Assembly: GCA_048013815.1 (NCBI GenBank)
Contig: CM106586.1
Span: 18,042,001-18,106,000 of the forward strand
Length of the DNA stretch: 64,000 bases
Direction of reading: 5' to 3'
From: Setoptus koraiensis
Taxonomy: Eukaryota > Animalia > Arthropoda
The position numbers and the translations under genes were made by a program. Below, one piece after another: positions 37,106 through 48,665 of this stretch. The stretch's first letter is position 1; each line of letters begins with the position of its first letter. The notes beneath the pieces were generated by a model. That model had not been told where the DNA came from and did not search any database. It saw only the letters and a program-made list of their open reading frames with translations.

Positions 37106-37213
37106 TTGAGAGCTCTTTGCATCAGCATGTTCAGATCGTTTGAGAAATTCAAAATACAATAGCATAATTGATTTAGATCAATTAGAATAGGATTAACAAT
37201 AGTATCAATCAAT

Positions 37214-38536
37214 ATGAATTCATTTAGAGCCTCATCGTTGGCAGCGCTGGCGTTGCTAGTTTACTGCAACCTAGCCAGTTCCAGTGAAATTGAATCAAGG
37301 CCAGCCATGGGCCATATGGCAAGACTTCCTGGGGGCCAAGGAGACGGATTGTATCGAGAATATTTCAGAATATTTTTGCTGGGAACATTGGACGAGGCAT
37401 ATGATCTGAAACAGGATTGGCGCGAAGAAACACCTAAATTGGATGATCACGACTGGCGCAACTACTCACCAACGAGCTACTTTTGCGTTGATCTTTTGCG
37501 AGATTTCGTCAATGCTGACTATAAATTGGACAACTATGTCGATTTGATTCACCTGGACGCTTGTCTGGGCTATTTGTACGATGACAACCAATACAAGTTT
37601 ACCGATCCGGAGAGCCCACTGCAAGCAAAGATCATTGAGTCTCTCTTGGGTAATGAAAACTTGAAAAAAATCTACACAGGTACCCAAATAGAAACATGGA
37701 ATCCGGAGAGTCTTAAATTTGTTCTGGAAATGCTGAAAACTGGGTTCGAAAGGTCTGCATTCAGTCTCAGTCTTTGCGACGATAGGATAGAAGTGCTAAC
37801 AAAATATGCCCAAGATCGAAAAGTGTTGGACAATTTATCGGAGGACAGTTACGTGAAAATTTTGGACGACTCTGCCAGACGTATGGGACAACGATGCTAC
37901 TCGGAACTACTCAAGAAGCTAGCGCAAGCTTATCCGTATACCAAACATGGCATAAGTATGGTTCCGAACCCCATAAATCTGCTTCCGTTGCCGGCCCGAA
38001 AACAGCGACATAGAGAGCACTGGACCGAGAATTCGATGAAAATCTTACAAAAATCCATGGGCCTGTCTTCGCTTGCCGCGGTCGATCTAGACAATGCGCA
38101 ATCGTTTGCCCATGAGCTAAAAACGAACGATCCCAAGGCTCAGCAACAGCTTTTGACCAATTTGTCGAACTATGCCAATAAGAAGTTTGGGCATTTATCC
38201 AAGTCCGAGAATGAAGGTGTGGCCAAATCCAACTACCTATCTCTGAAGAAACGTCTCTGTGAAAATTTCATGCCCAGAGTGTTAGAGATATTGATCCAAA
38301 TGTTGCCTCAAAGAGAATTTTTCGGCGACTTGGAGAGTGTTCTGTACGATTTCCCCGAGAAAGAGTTCGCCCCGAAGGTCAGAATCACGTACTTGACAAA
38401 TTTCCTGTGTCGCTACATCGATTTGACTGATGCCACGACAACGGCAACAAATAATTATGCGGTACATTTAGCGGCAGACCCCGCAGTCGCGCTGCAGATC
38501 TGGCCAATGGCGGCTCCCTCTCACAGGCCCGAATAA
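37214..38536 (+). CDS. secreted orphan protein, tandem copy 2 (440 aa, intronless)
   Basis: Colinear with copy 1 (roughly 70% aa identity by eye). The 5' and 3' flanks are also homologous. Confidence 0.85.
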   Translation: MNSFRASSLAALALLVYCNLASSSEIESRPAMGHMARLPGGQGDGLYREYFRIFLLGTLDEAYDLKQDWREETPKLDDHDWRNYSPTSYFCVDLLRDFVNADYKLDNYVDLIHLDACLGYLYDDNQYKFTDPESPLQAKIIESLLGNENLKKIYTGTQIETWNPESLKFVLEMLKTGFERSAFSLSLCDDRIEVLTKYAQDRKVLDNLSEDSYVKILDDSARRMGQRCYSELLKKLAQAYPYTKHGISMVPNPINLLPLPARKQRHREHWTENSMKILQKSMGLSSLAAVDLDNAQSFAHELKTNDPKAQQQLLTNLSNYANKKFGHLSKSENEGVAKSNYLSLKKRLCENFMPRVLEILIQMLPQREFFGDLESVLYDFPEKEFAPKVRITYLTNFLCRYIDLTDATTTATNNYAVHLAADPAVALQIWPMAAPSHRPE

Positions 38537-41112
38537 TCATGTGATTCGCATCTAGGTGCCTCCAGTTGAGCCACGAGTGGACTGTTCCGGTGAAAACTCG
38601 CGCTCAATTTATTCGTTTTCTCGGCGAAGCGAATTCATGGGGCGAGGCTCAATTGGCCGCTCATCACTGTGGAGAAAAACTTGGAAATGGTGAAATTTGG
38701 ACAATGTCTCGAGTTTGGAAATTTCGACAATCTCTCGAGTTTGGAAATTTCTATTCGCATTCTCGCTGCAACGAGATGCCCGCAATTAGAATGTGTTCGG
38801 CAGAAATAAAAGCGTGCGCTTCCATCGGTCGCTTCTTTCGGACAAAACAACAATTCGCTCTTGTCAAGACTGTTTGCATTGCGCGATATCATTGCGTTTC
38901 CATTAGTGTAGTTAATTGTTTTTTGAGGGCATCGCTTGTGGCCCGATGGTTCAACAACATATTGACACGAGATATATTACGCTGTTAAGTTGCCATGAGC
39001 AACATGAGCGCCGACAATAGCAATGAATGATGTCGAAAATGATGAATGTCTGTTGCTTGCGTCACGTAGACTTAGTGTCGCCATCTTGTCCTGTGACGTA
39101 CAACTATTTACAACAACTATTCACAAACTGACAAGCCCACTAAATTAATAGCGACAGCAACAATACATTTGATTATGTTTTGCTTACAAGTTACGTAATA
39201 ATGTGTTACTGGAACCAAACAAATATTGGTGTCAGTGCCGTTGTTGTTGTTGTTGTTGCTGTTGCTGTTTGTGCTAATGTTTGTGGCTGGCAAGACAGTT
39301 GCACCATAAACAAGCGACCGAGACAAGCAAACAAAAAAATGAGATCATCAACATTTTAAACTGCTCGCTGGCGCTGGCATTTGCGCAGCATTTGTCGATT
39401 GTCGCCTATGGTAACGAGCGCGTCGCTTACATAATATATGGTTTATATAATACTAGCTCGAGTCAGCTGTCAGTTGGCGCCCACGCTGCTGACGATTGCA
39501 TAAATGAGCTCGGCGGAGGCGGCGGCATGAGCAGCATGCCGCCGCTACCTAGGCAAATTTGTCACTGTGGCTGCTGTGTGTTGGCTTGTGCAAACAAGCA
39601 ACGCGAACGATTCTTTCGACTTGCCGGCCGGGCTGGTGCCCAATTCGTAACTTATCCGTTTGTTGTTGTCGACATAATGATCATTGCATCATTGCCGACA
39701 TCTCTTTGCCGAGTTGCAAAGGGGAAAAAGAGAATTGCCGAAGAAACAAAAACTTGACAACTCTCGCTGTCTCTGTCTATTTATTTATCACTAACTAACT
39801 TTTGTGCGCGCCCTCTTGCAACGCTATTGACTCGGCGAGCTAATTACTCGGCTGCTTCACGAGGGGCGCTGGCTCATCATCACTCATCATCGGCAGCGGA
39901 TACAATTATCGTGGGCGCATGCAAATCCGCTGCTGCTGTTACCTTGCCGTGTTGCGCCGGTGTGTCACAGCAACAGCAGCGACAACAACAACGACAGCAA
40001 CGACAACAGCAACGGCAACAACGACAACAACAACAACGACAACAGCAACAACAACAACGGCGAAAACAGCGACAACGACACCGACACGCTGCGCTTGTAA
40101 ATACTAAATACGTAATAATGTGTGACTAGAGCGCCGCCGAGCTTTGCTGTTTGCACTGTTGGGGGCGCCACAAATGCAAATTACTCAGGGGGGCGCTTGC
40201 GTGATGCGCGCAGCCGCCAGCGGACTGGCACCACGCTCGCTGGCCGCAGTGAACCTAGGGTCGCTCGGCAGCACTGTCATCCAGCAACAACATTCACGTT
40301 TTATGTTTCATTGAGTGAAATCTTGCTCTGTTGTCGCCACACCGACCCCATTGTGCGTTCCAACAATGTGAACGAGGCCGCAACAACGCCGACAACAGCA
40401 ACCACGACGCCGACAGCAGCAACAACAACGACGACAACAGCAACAACAACGACGACAACAGCAACAACAAGCAGCCAGCACCGAAAACAGGTTGCGCCGG
40501 CCATTGATCGTTTGGGCCTCTTCGCAGCTGGGCGAGACACAATGATTGTGAGTTGAGGCCGCGCGAGTCACTTTAGACTCGAACTGAAAGCGTCATTGTC
40601 AGACACAACGACAGATTGAGATTGTTTAATAAATTAGTAAAATGACATCGACACAAAGAATTGTTTCAACAAGCAAACGGGGCCTGTTATAAGGCAACAC
40701 AAGTCACGGTCACAAAATGGCCCCACACACCAGACAAACAACCGACAACAATAACAAGAAGCAAATTTAAATCTCGCACCATCGTTATTCAAACTAAACC
40801 AGAAACTAACGCCTGTCGAAATTGGCCCACATCAAATAGATCGGATAGAGTGTTCGTCAAGTTGATTTGACGAACAAGTCGAGTTGACAGCGGCCAGTGC
40901 TAAACGACAGAAACGACACCACTTTTTGACGACACACCGGCGCCAGTTGAATTTGGGTCAGTCGCGCTCGAATCAGTGGCATCCGGATTTGGATCAGTGG
41001 CGTTCAAATCGGTTGCGTTCGAATCGGCCAATCGATCCCGGCGAGGGCCCCACAAGTGCTCGCAAGTGCTCACAAGTGCACCAGTGTATTTGAACAAATC
41101 GACAATTGATCC

Positions 41113-41209
41113 ATGGCGCTCGAGTGCTCATTCAGGGCGCTGACCGCGCCCGCCGCCAACGAGCTGCTCCAAAATCACAACAGTCTGACGTTCAAGCTGC
41201 TCAAGACAG
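41113..41209 (+). CDS. first coding exon resembling the N-terminus of long F-BAR-like isoforms of arthropod Stac-like (CG43729-type) proteins
   Basis: CCATGG start context, MALECSFRALTAPAANELLQNHNSLTFKLLKT, strong donor ACAG|GTGAGT (phase 1). The recalled family continues ...TFKL.KT|VSDF. The family assignment is from memory only. Confidence 0.55.
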
Positions 41210-44200
41210 GTGAGTCTCTCTTCTGCTCGGTTTATCACTGACAAATCATCACTGACAGATTATCACTGACAGATTATCACTGACAAATTCAAATCATTAT
41301 CAATTATGAGGTCACATCATACAGTAGTACCAACAACTCTGTGAGCAGTTGCTCACAGCCCGTGAGTCGCGGCTGTCACGCGGCCGCGGTCGCAACTGCA
41401 ATCATTGCAGTGCAACGAAATTTTATTATTTTATTTTATTTTATTCAGTCTGCTCATTGTGGCGCTATCGTCGATAATAAACAGATAAATAAATTGTTGG
41501 ATAAATGCGGCCGATCCATGCGATTCGTGCGGCCATACAACATACATTGTAATCGGCTTACAACGGGCTCAATCAAAACAATATCAGCGCCGGCACAACA
41601 AACGCTGCTGGCTGTGAATATACGACGGATATTCACTTATAAGTTATTTTTCGCCTTATACTTCAATGGGGCGCACGAGTTGACGATAGGCGCACACAAA
41701 TCAGTGTCGTAATTAATTGATTTCGTTGCGTTCTCGCGGCCGGTGCATCGGTCATTTGCACCAGTCGTTTGCGGTGGTCAGCATGCACTACTAGCACAAT
41801 ACTAATAGCACAATACTAATGGCACAATACTAATAGCACAATACTAATAGCATAATACTGATAGCGTGATGCTATGCAAATCATCATCACATACTATGTG
41901 CAAGCGAATCAGCGACAATGTCGGGGTGGGCCCGCTTGCAGCGCTGTCTCGGGCGTCGCGGCTGTCGCGGTGCCGGTCGCTAGGCGCCCGGCTAAGCGTA
42001 AGCGGCTGAGCCCCCGCACCCAGAGGCCAACATTTTGGCCGACTGGAGGCGAAAATGGTAGAAACGCAATCGCCAACAAACGGCCCAGAGAAACAGAAAA
42101 GGGAGGCCGGCGTTTTGGGGGCCAGTCGGACAGTCGGCCAGGTTAGCTAATGGTCACACAGCCTGTGACATACACAGTATTACACAGTGTGTACATCGCG
42201 GGCGCAACCAAGCCGGCCAGCCACCGACCGGCGGTGAGTCTGGCGAGACGCGAAATAAGATAATATCGCTCCTTGCGTTGCGCAATCTCTGGCCTAGACA
42301 GGGCCCCAGACGCGAGCCTCACGTGCGCCTTCTAGACTGCACAGTGTGCACCACTTCCTAAAAGGTTTTTTAATATCCGTTTTAATCACTTGATCGCCAT
42401 TTGCGATCAGGGCAAAACCTGTGCGAATTGTGCTTGGCGCGCTTCAGCCAAGATAATGCCCCGCTATTTGGGGGCCCCGCGTACCCGCGTGCATGCCAGC
42501 CAACATTGCGCGCCAGCTAATAAGGTTAAGGTATCGCGCACACACAAGAAGCCACACTGTGCCAGGCCAATACGTTGCCGTTATTTGCCACTTAACAAGC
42601 CAGACTTGGCGAGGCCCGAGTAGCAGCGTCAGCTAACGACGACACAGGCCACTATTTAACGAGCTAGCTAAGTAACGGGAAAAAACGCGGCAACACGCGG
42701 TAACGGGAAAAACGCGGCAACACGCGGTAACGGGAAAAACGCGGCAACACGCGGCAACACGCGGTAACGGGGGCTCGCCAGCGGGCAAGGTCACACAATT
42801 AGATTAAGCTGATCAGCTGATCCGGGCCCAGATCGCAATCAGGGCCGGCCGGCTAGGTCAACGGGAAACCGGCTCAAGATAGCTGGCACAAAAATAAAAC
42901 TTTATATATAAAACTTGGCCCCTTTTTTGTTCTTTCCTTTTCGAACGCGCCAGCTATCGTATAAAAAAGTTCCAAAGTGCACGGCCAAAAGTCAGCGCAA
43001 TATCGGCAACAGCGGCCTGCGTCAGGTTTGTGTCGCCATCGCGCCGGTTCGAATTTCGAGCCGAAACGCAGTGTCAACCATCGGGGGCCCCAATGCGGAC
43101 AGACTGAGATTGACATTGATTAAATCAATTTTATTTTACTTTCTCTGCCTTCCATTTGAGGCATGGTAAAGCTCAAATGGTCGATATTAACACAAAAGCC
43201 AAAATTGATCTAATCACGAGTGTGGTTTAAATGCGCGCGATTTAATCATCAATCGGACCTACAACAGTGTTGTGCAATGGCTGGCTGGCTGGCTCGCTGG
43301 GCGCCCCATTGGCTGGCAAAATTCAACAACTAGCGACAACTAATAGCTGGCGGACTGAATTTTAATCCTCTAATGATGCATGTGCGTGCCATGGGCCCGG
43401 TTGGCGTTTGTCGCGCCGTATTATGTTGCCGTTTCCAGAATTATATCCATTTGGGGCCCCACTATCTGGCCAAGGCTCAAATGTTGATCATTTTGGCTCG
43501 TTTTTTTCTGTTGCAGTAGCTAAATTTGCACTCGAAAGTTACATGTTCGTTTGTAGTTGTGTGTGTGTCTATTTATTTTTCGCCTGTCTGTATCCAAGGC
43601 AACAGCAACATCACCGACAGCAACAACAGCAACAACAACAGCAACAACAACAACAACAGCAACAACAACAGCTCACTTAGCCGACTAAAACAGTTTTCAA
43701 CAGAGACGATAAGTCGGCGTCTCTGCTGAAAACTGCGTGTCGCATTAGCCCGATCCCAGACAAGATATTGCCAGATTATTGCGGGCACAGGCTTGTCGGG
43801 GGCGCCGCCAGCGCCGCCCGCTACCCGAAAAGCGCACCACTCATAATGCACAGGTAATAAACAGGTAATTTCGCAGATATGTTGCGGGTATGCTGCGGGC
43901 ATGCTGCGGGCATGCTACGGGTATGTTGCGGGTGTGTTGAGGGCATTGTAAGTGGGCCAACAAAACAAACATGTAATGTGACCATGGAGAGATAAATATT
44001 TAGGCCGAGCGCCAGTCAGCGATTCCTGTCGCCCCATAAAGTCAGCTGGCCAGATAGTAATGATTCAAATAAACAGTCGGCGCGTCCATTCATGAAACCG
44101 ACGACAGCAACCCAACAGATTGCCCATTAGCAGTTGCAGTTTTTTGGCCGCTGCAGTTTTTTAGCGGTCGCACTTTATGAGTGGTTGCAGTTTGGGGCCC

Positions 44201-46934
44201 CGAAGTGTGCGCGGTTCACTGCGGCTCGGACATTTCGCGGGCCGAGTGTCTCGCCGGGCGCGTTGTGTGGGCCGGCGTTCGTTATTTTCTAATCGAGTCG
44301 ATATCTATTAAAGTCACGTCGAGCCGGCGCTGCAGCACGCTGCTCACATTATTTGAATACAAATCGACGATTGGTCGCCGAACGAGGCGCCAATTGTCGT
44401 GGGCCCTGCGGTGACTCACAGGCTGCAAGCCTTGCGGGCGAGCGAGAGAGCAGCATTTCAACAACGGGCAAGATCGCCGCTGCCGGCCATTTGAGAGCGA
44501 GACCCGACAGTGAGCCGCGGTTCCGGTCCACGATGACCGCCGCTGGTGCACGATGGGTGCCGCTATCGGTGTCCGATGGCGCGCCATTGAGCGGGATAAT
44601 TTCAGTGCAGTTTCGTTTGTTTGTCCAGCAAATTTAATAGCTGGACAATGTTTTGTGTGTGCTACTTTTTGCACCGCTTGCCCGCCAAACATAACAACTG
44701 ACACTGAAACTAAATCTTTTGCCGAGCACACACACACTTGAACAATGCGGCAACTTGAGCGTATTGTTTACTGATGGGGCCCCTACAGGGCACGACAGGA
44801 CGGGATAAAACAGGACGGGATAAAACAGGACAGGATAAAACAGGACAGGGGATATTCCTCGGCATCGGCAAGCGGGATTTTGCCACCGAAAGCAAATAGC
44901 AATAGCGACATGGGCCCAATTGAAAACGGCTCAACTCGTCTCGGCGTGGCCCTCAATCAATGTGCGCCGGCCGCACAGTTATGATTCAGTATGAATTCAA
45001 TTTGAAGAGGCTTTCGAGAGCTACGAGAACGTTGTGAAACGGAACGCGGCCGCTCAATTCGTATCAATAAATGGCACAACTAATAAATAGTTGTGAGCCC
45101 GTTTGCTCGGCCGGGTCCCCCCGTTCAGCCGGCCATCTACGGCTGACGACTGGCCAACGACAGCAGCGAGCCCACGACAGCCGCCGAAATAACCGAAACA
45201 ACCCAGCTGTCCGGTAACAACTTTCAAATGAGGCCCCTCATGGCCCCTTAACTGCCTCTCTGGCAACCAAATGCTCGGCAAACTCAAAATCCATCTCAAC
45301 TTGAGGGCCGGCCCCAATTCGCGCCAGCGGCAGCTCTTTTGAACGGGCGTGCGTTCAAAAGTTGAGTGAACGGCCCCACCGAAACCGAATGCCGGCCTGT
45401 GGATTGGCCTGGCGGATGATGGGCAAGTTAGAGAGCGGATTGCGGACAACAATCAATATGTTTGCGCAAATACACCGCCATCTGGCGGGCGCCGACCATC
45501 AACTAGAGGCCGCACCACTGGGGCTCGACAGTGTCCCGTTGACCGGTTTTGCACGGGGCTACGTAGCCAAGCAAGCAAGGCAGCCAAACCCAAGCCCGTT
45601 ACGTAACAAGGTAGCGCGTAATGGACACACAATGGGCAACACGCGCCCCTATAGGCGTTCGGCCAGACGAATTACGCAATACGCGCGTCGCGTATCGGTA
45701 TTGCGTAATGCTGGCCTGTTCACCTGTCGGCGGTGAGGAGAGCGTCGCTCAGGCGACGCCCGTTTGTGTCACGTCTTGGCGCTTGATGCAGCCACACAAA
45801 CAACAGCAACAGCAGCAACAGCAGCAGCAGCAACAACAACAGCAACAACAACAGTAACAGCAGCAACAACAGCAACAACAGCAACAACAACAACAACAAA
45901 CAGTCAGCAGATTAGACATGCTGCACCCTGATCCGTATGCGACGTTTGCGTTACGTCATCACTTTTTGTGTGCTGCCCAGTGCTGTTGCTGTTGCTGTTG
46001 TTGTTGTTGCTGCTGCCGTTGCTGTTGTTGTTGCGGCCGTTGCTGCCGTTGCTGCCGTTGCTGCCGTTGCTGCCGTTGCTGTTGTTGTTGCTACCGTTGT
46101 TGTTGTTGTTGGTGTTGCGCCACGATGGTTAATCGCGACGTAATGTGCGGTGTCGCTATTGAATGCGGCTCACATGACGAACGCGAGCTAACTAGTTCTC
46201 GTCGAGCGTTTGTTTCGTCTGGCCCTCGGAATGCCGAGCTTGTGGTGTTGTTGTCGTTGTTGTTGTCGGTGGTGTCGTTGTCGGTGGTGTTGCCGTTGTT
46301 TGCAGTGCACAGACAGCGCTAACAAGGCTCGCCAAACAACCGCAACGTGCAACCTGGTTAATACGTGCCGTTAACCGGCCACCCATTTGCGCACAACAAT
46401 GTAAATGCAATCCGTTGCGCGCCGCTGTGCCGAGCCGTGTCGCCAGCGCTCACCTGAGAAATATTGCATAATTCCGAATTAAATTCGACGTTATTTATTG
46501 TAAAATCATTTACTGTGCGCCGGTGCCCCCAACGGCTTGTGGGGCCCCAATGCGAGCGCTAACCTGTCAGTGCACTTGTCGCTGTTGCGTCTGGCGGCAC
46601 TTGTCGGTCTATTAGGCGCCATATGCCGCGTACGAGCCGCAAAGGGCGCACAGGTGAACACGGGACATAATTACCGATCCGGTGCCATATTTGATCTATG
46701 CTGTGCACCGGACCCGTGCATGACACGGGCACCATTAGCATGCCGCACCATGGTGCGCACCTTGCGCTCTTGCGTCAGCTCGTGCCGGCGAACAACAGCC
46801 GCTGGTCAGCTGTCCGCACGGGTATCCGTTTCGGCCGCAGCGCCACTTGTGAGCCGTCGAAAGGATGTAGCGCCAACACGAGCCAGTTCATCACAATCGG
46901 TGATCAAGTGAACCATGCAGCGGCCAGGTATGCG

Positions 46935-47028
46935 CGGTTTACATGATGGTGCACGGTTTACATGACGGTGCACGGTTTGCATGACGGTGCACGGTTTACA
47001 TGACGGTGCACGGTATACATGATGGTGC
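46935..47028. repeat. 19-bp tandem repeat CGGTTTACATGACGGTGCA x5
   Basis: Directly visible, few substitutions. Confidence 0.93.
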
Positions 47029-47884
47029 GTGGTACAGTTACGCACAGGGGCCCGTAGGTGACAGCAGACAGGTATTCATCGAGGCTGGGTATCGTTAGCA
47101 TCAGGCTTGCCGTCATGCTAACGGCATGGGTGCCGTTACCGCGGTGCCCATGGTGCCCATTGCGCGCACTATGGGCACCTCCAGCTAATTTGTTATTCAC
47201 AACGAGAAATAGTAACGAGAATTGCCACATGACGAAGCCTCAAGACGCCGCTAGCCGCCATTTCCTGTCGTGCTTGCCTATACACTTAAGTCAATTATCA
47301 ATATGGTCAAGTAGATGATTGCGAGTGCGGGCGTCCACTCGCTCGATCGGAAGTCCGCCGCGTATATCCGATCGGTGCGGTTCTAGTCCGGTACGGCGCG
47401 GTTCTAGTCCGGTGCGGCGCGGTTGCAAACGGGTCTGGTACGGTCTGATGGGGCACGGCCCGCGATTGACTTGAGTTGTCAATGGACGACCAACCAGTTT
47501 ACACATACGCATTGAGCCGAGAACTCGGCAGGGACACCGAACACAGGGCATGGGCACGACTGAAGCGTACCCGGCGTCAGCGGCACCGGCTGACGCCGGG
47601 TATTTCCGCCGGCACGGATGGAGTGGGGGGCGTGGATGGCGTGTATCTGAGTAGTTTGTGTTGGCGAGCTTGATAACATTTTCAACTTGCAATAGCGACA
47701 GCATAATGATACGTTTATATCGTTCACATCCGCATACGCTCCTCTTATGTGATAATAACATAATATATAATTCAATGCGGGCACGCACAACACCAACGAC
47801 AAGCCGCCCAACTATTGCCAACATTGTCCGGCTGGCCTCATTAATGGCCAATATTGGGGCCAGTTCAGTTTTGGCCCAGTGACC

Positions 47885-47942
47885 GGTGCAGTGTGGTGCA
47901 GTGTGGTGCAGTGTGGTGCAGTGTGGTGCAGTGTGGTGCAGT
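47885..47942. repeat. 10-bp tandem repeat GGTGCAGTGT, about 5.8 copies
   Basis: Directly visible. Confidence 0.95.
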
Positions 47943-48549
47943 AGGCAGTGGGCATCGGGCTCACCTGTGCGCCCGATTGGTGGCTTCTTTTTGATCTTGG
48001 GCCACTGTAGCGGCCAAAACTGGCACGGACAACGCACGTTACGTAATAAAACCGTACCGGCCCACACAACTAACTAGCCGGCTCGAAGAAGCCAATGGTG
48101 CCCAATGGCCAAATTTATGCCTGCACGACTGATTGGTTAACGGGCCGCCAGGGGCTGTGGGGCGCAAAGTTAGCGGGCCAAATTGATTCATTCATACGTA
48201 ACTGCCGGTGTCGCTTGTTAGTGTGTGCTGAATTGCCGGTGGGCCTCGGCTCGCCGTTGTCGCCACTGCCCGAATCTCGCGACGAAACGAATAATTTGCT
48301 AAGCCAAAAAGCGTGTCACGAGCACGGATATATATAGATCGTTGGGCAAGTCGGCCATGGCGGCCGTCGGTGCACTTTGGCTGCAGCGGCTCGATAAGCT
48401 CGATACGCCGAAACGTCGATACGCCGAAACGTCGGCGATATGGGAGATGATAAAATCTAACTAGTTGGCGTGAGCGGAGGTGCGCGCGGGCGGCGCAGCA
48501 GAGGCCAGTGGAGGGCAGAAGGGGCCCGCAGCGCAGGGGGCAGACAAGG

Positions 48550-48665
48550 GGCCGGCAAAGAAGCAGAGGGGCCGGCAAAGAAGCAGAGGGCCGGCAAAGA
48601 AGCTGGAGGGGACGGCAAAAAAGCTGGAGGGGCCGCCAAAGAAGCTCAAGGGGCCGGCAAAAGAG
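48550..48665. repeat. degenerate 20-21-bp repeat (GCCGGCAAAGAAGCAGAGGG type)
   Basis: About 5-6 degenerate copies visible. Confidence 0.8.

Noticed and set aside
43046-43053. GGTTCGAA as a tRNA T-loop
   Set aside because: The flanks do not form a T-stem and no cloverleaf can be built.
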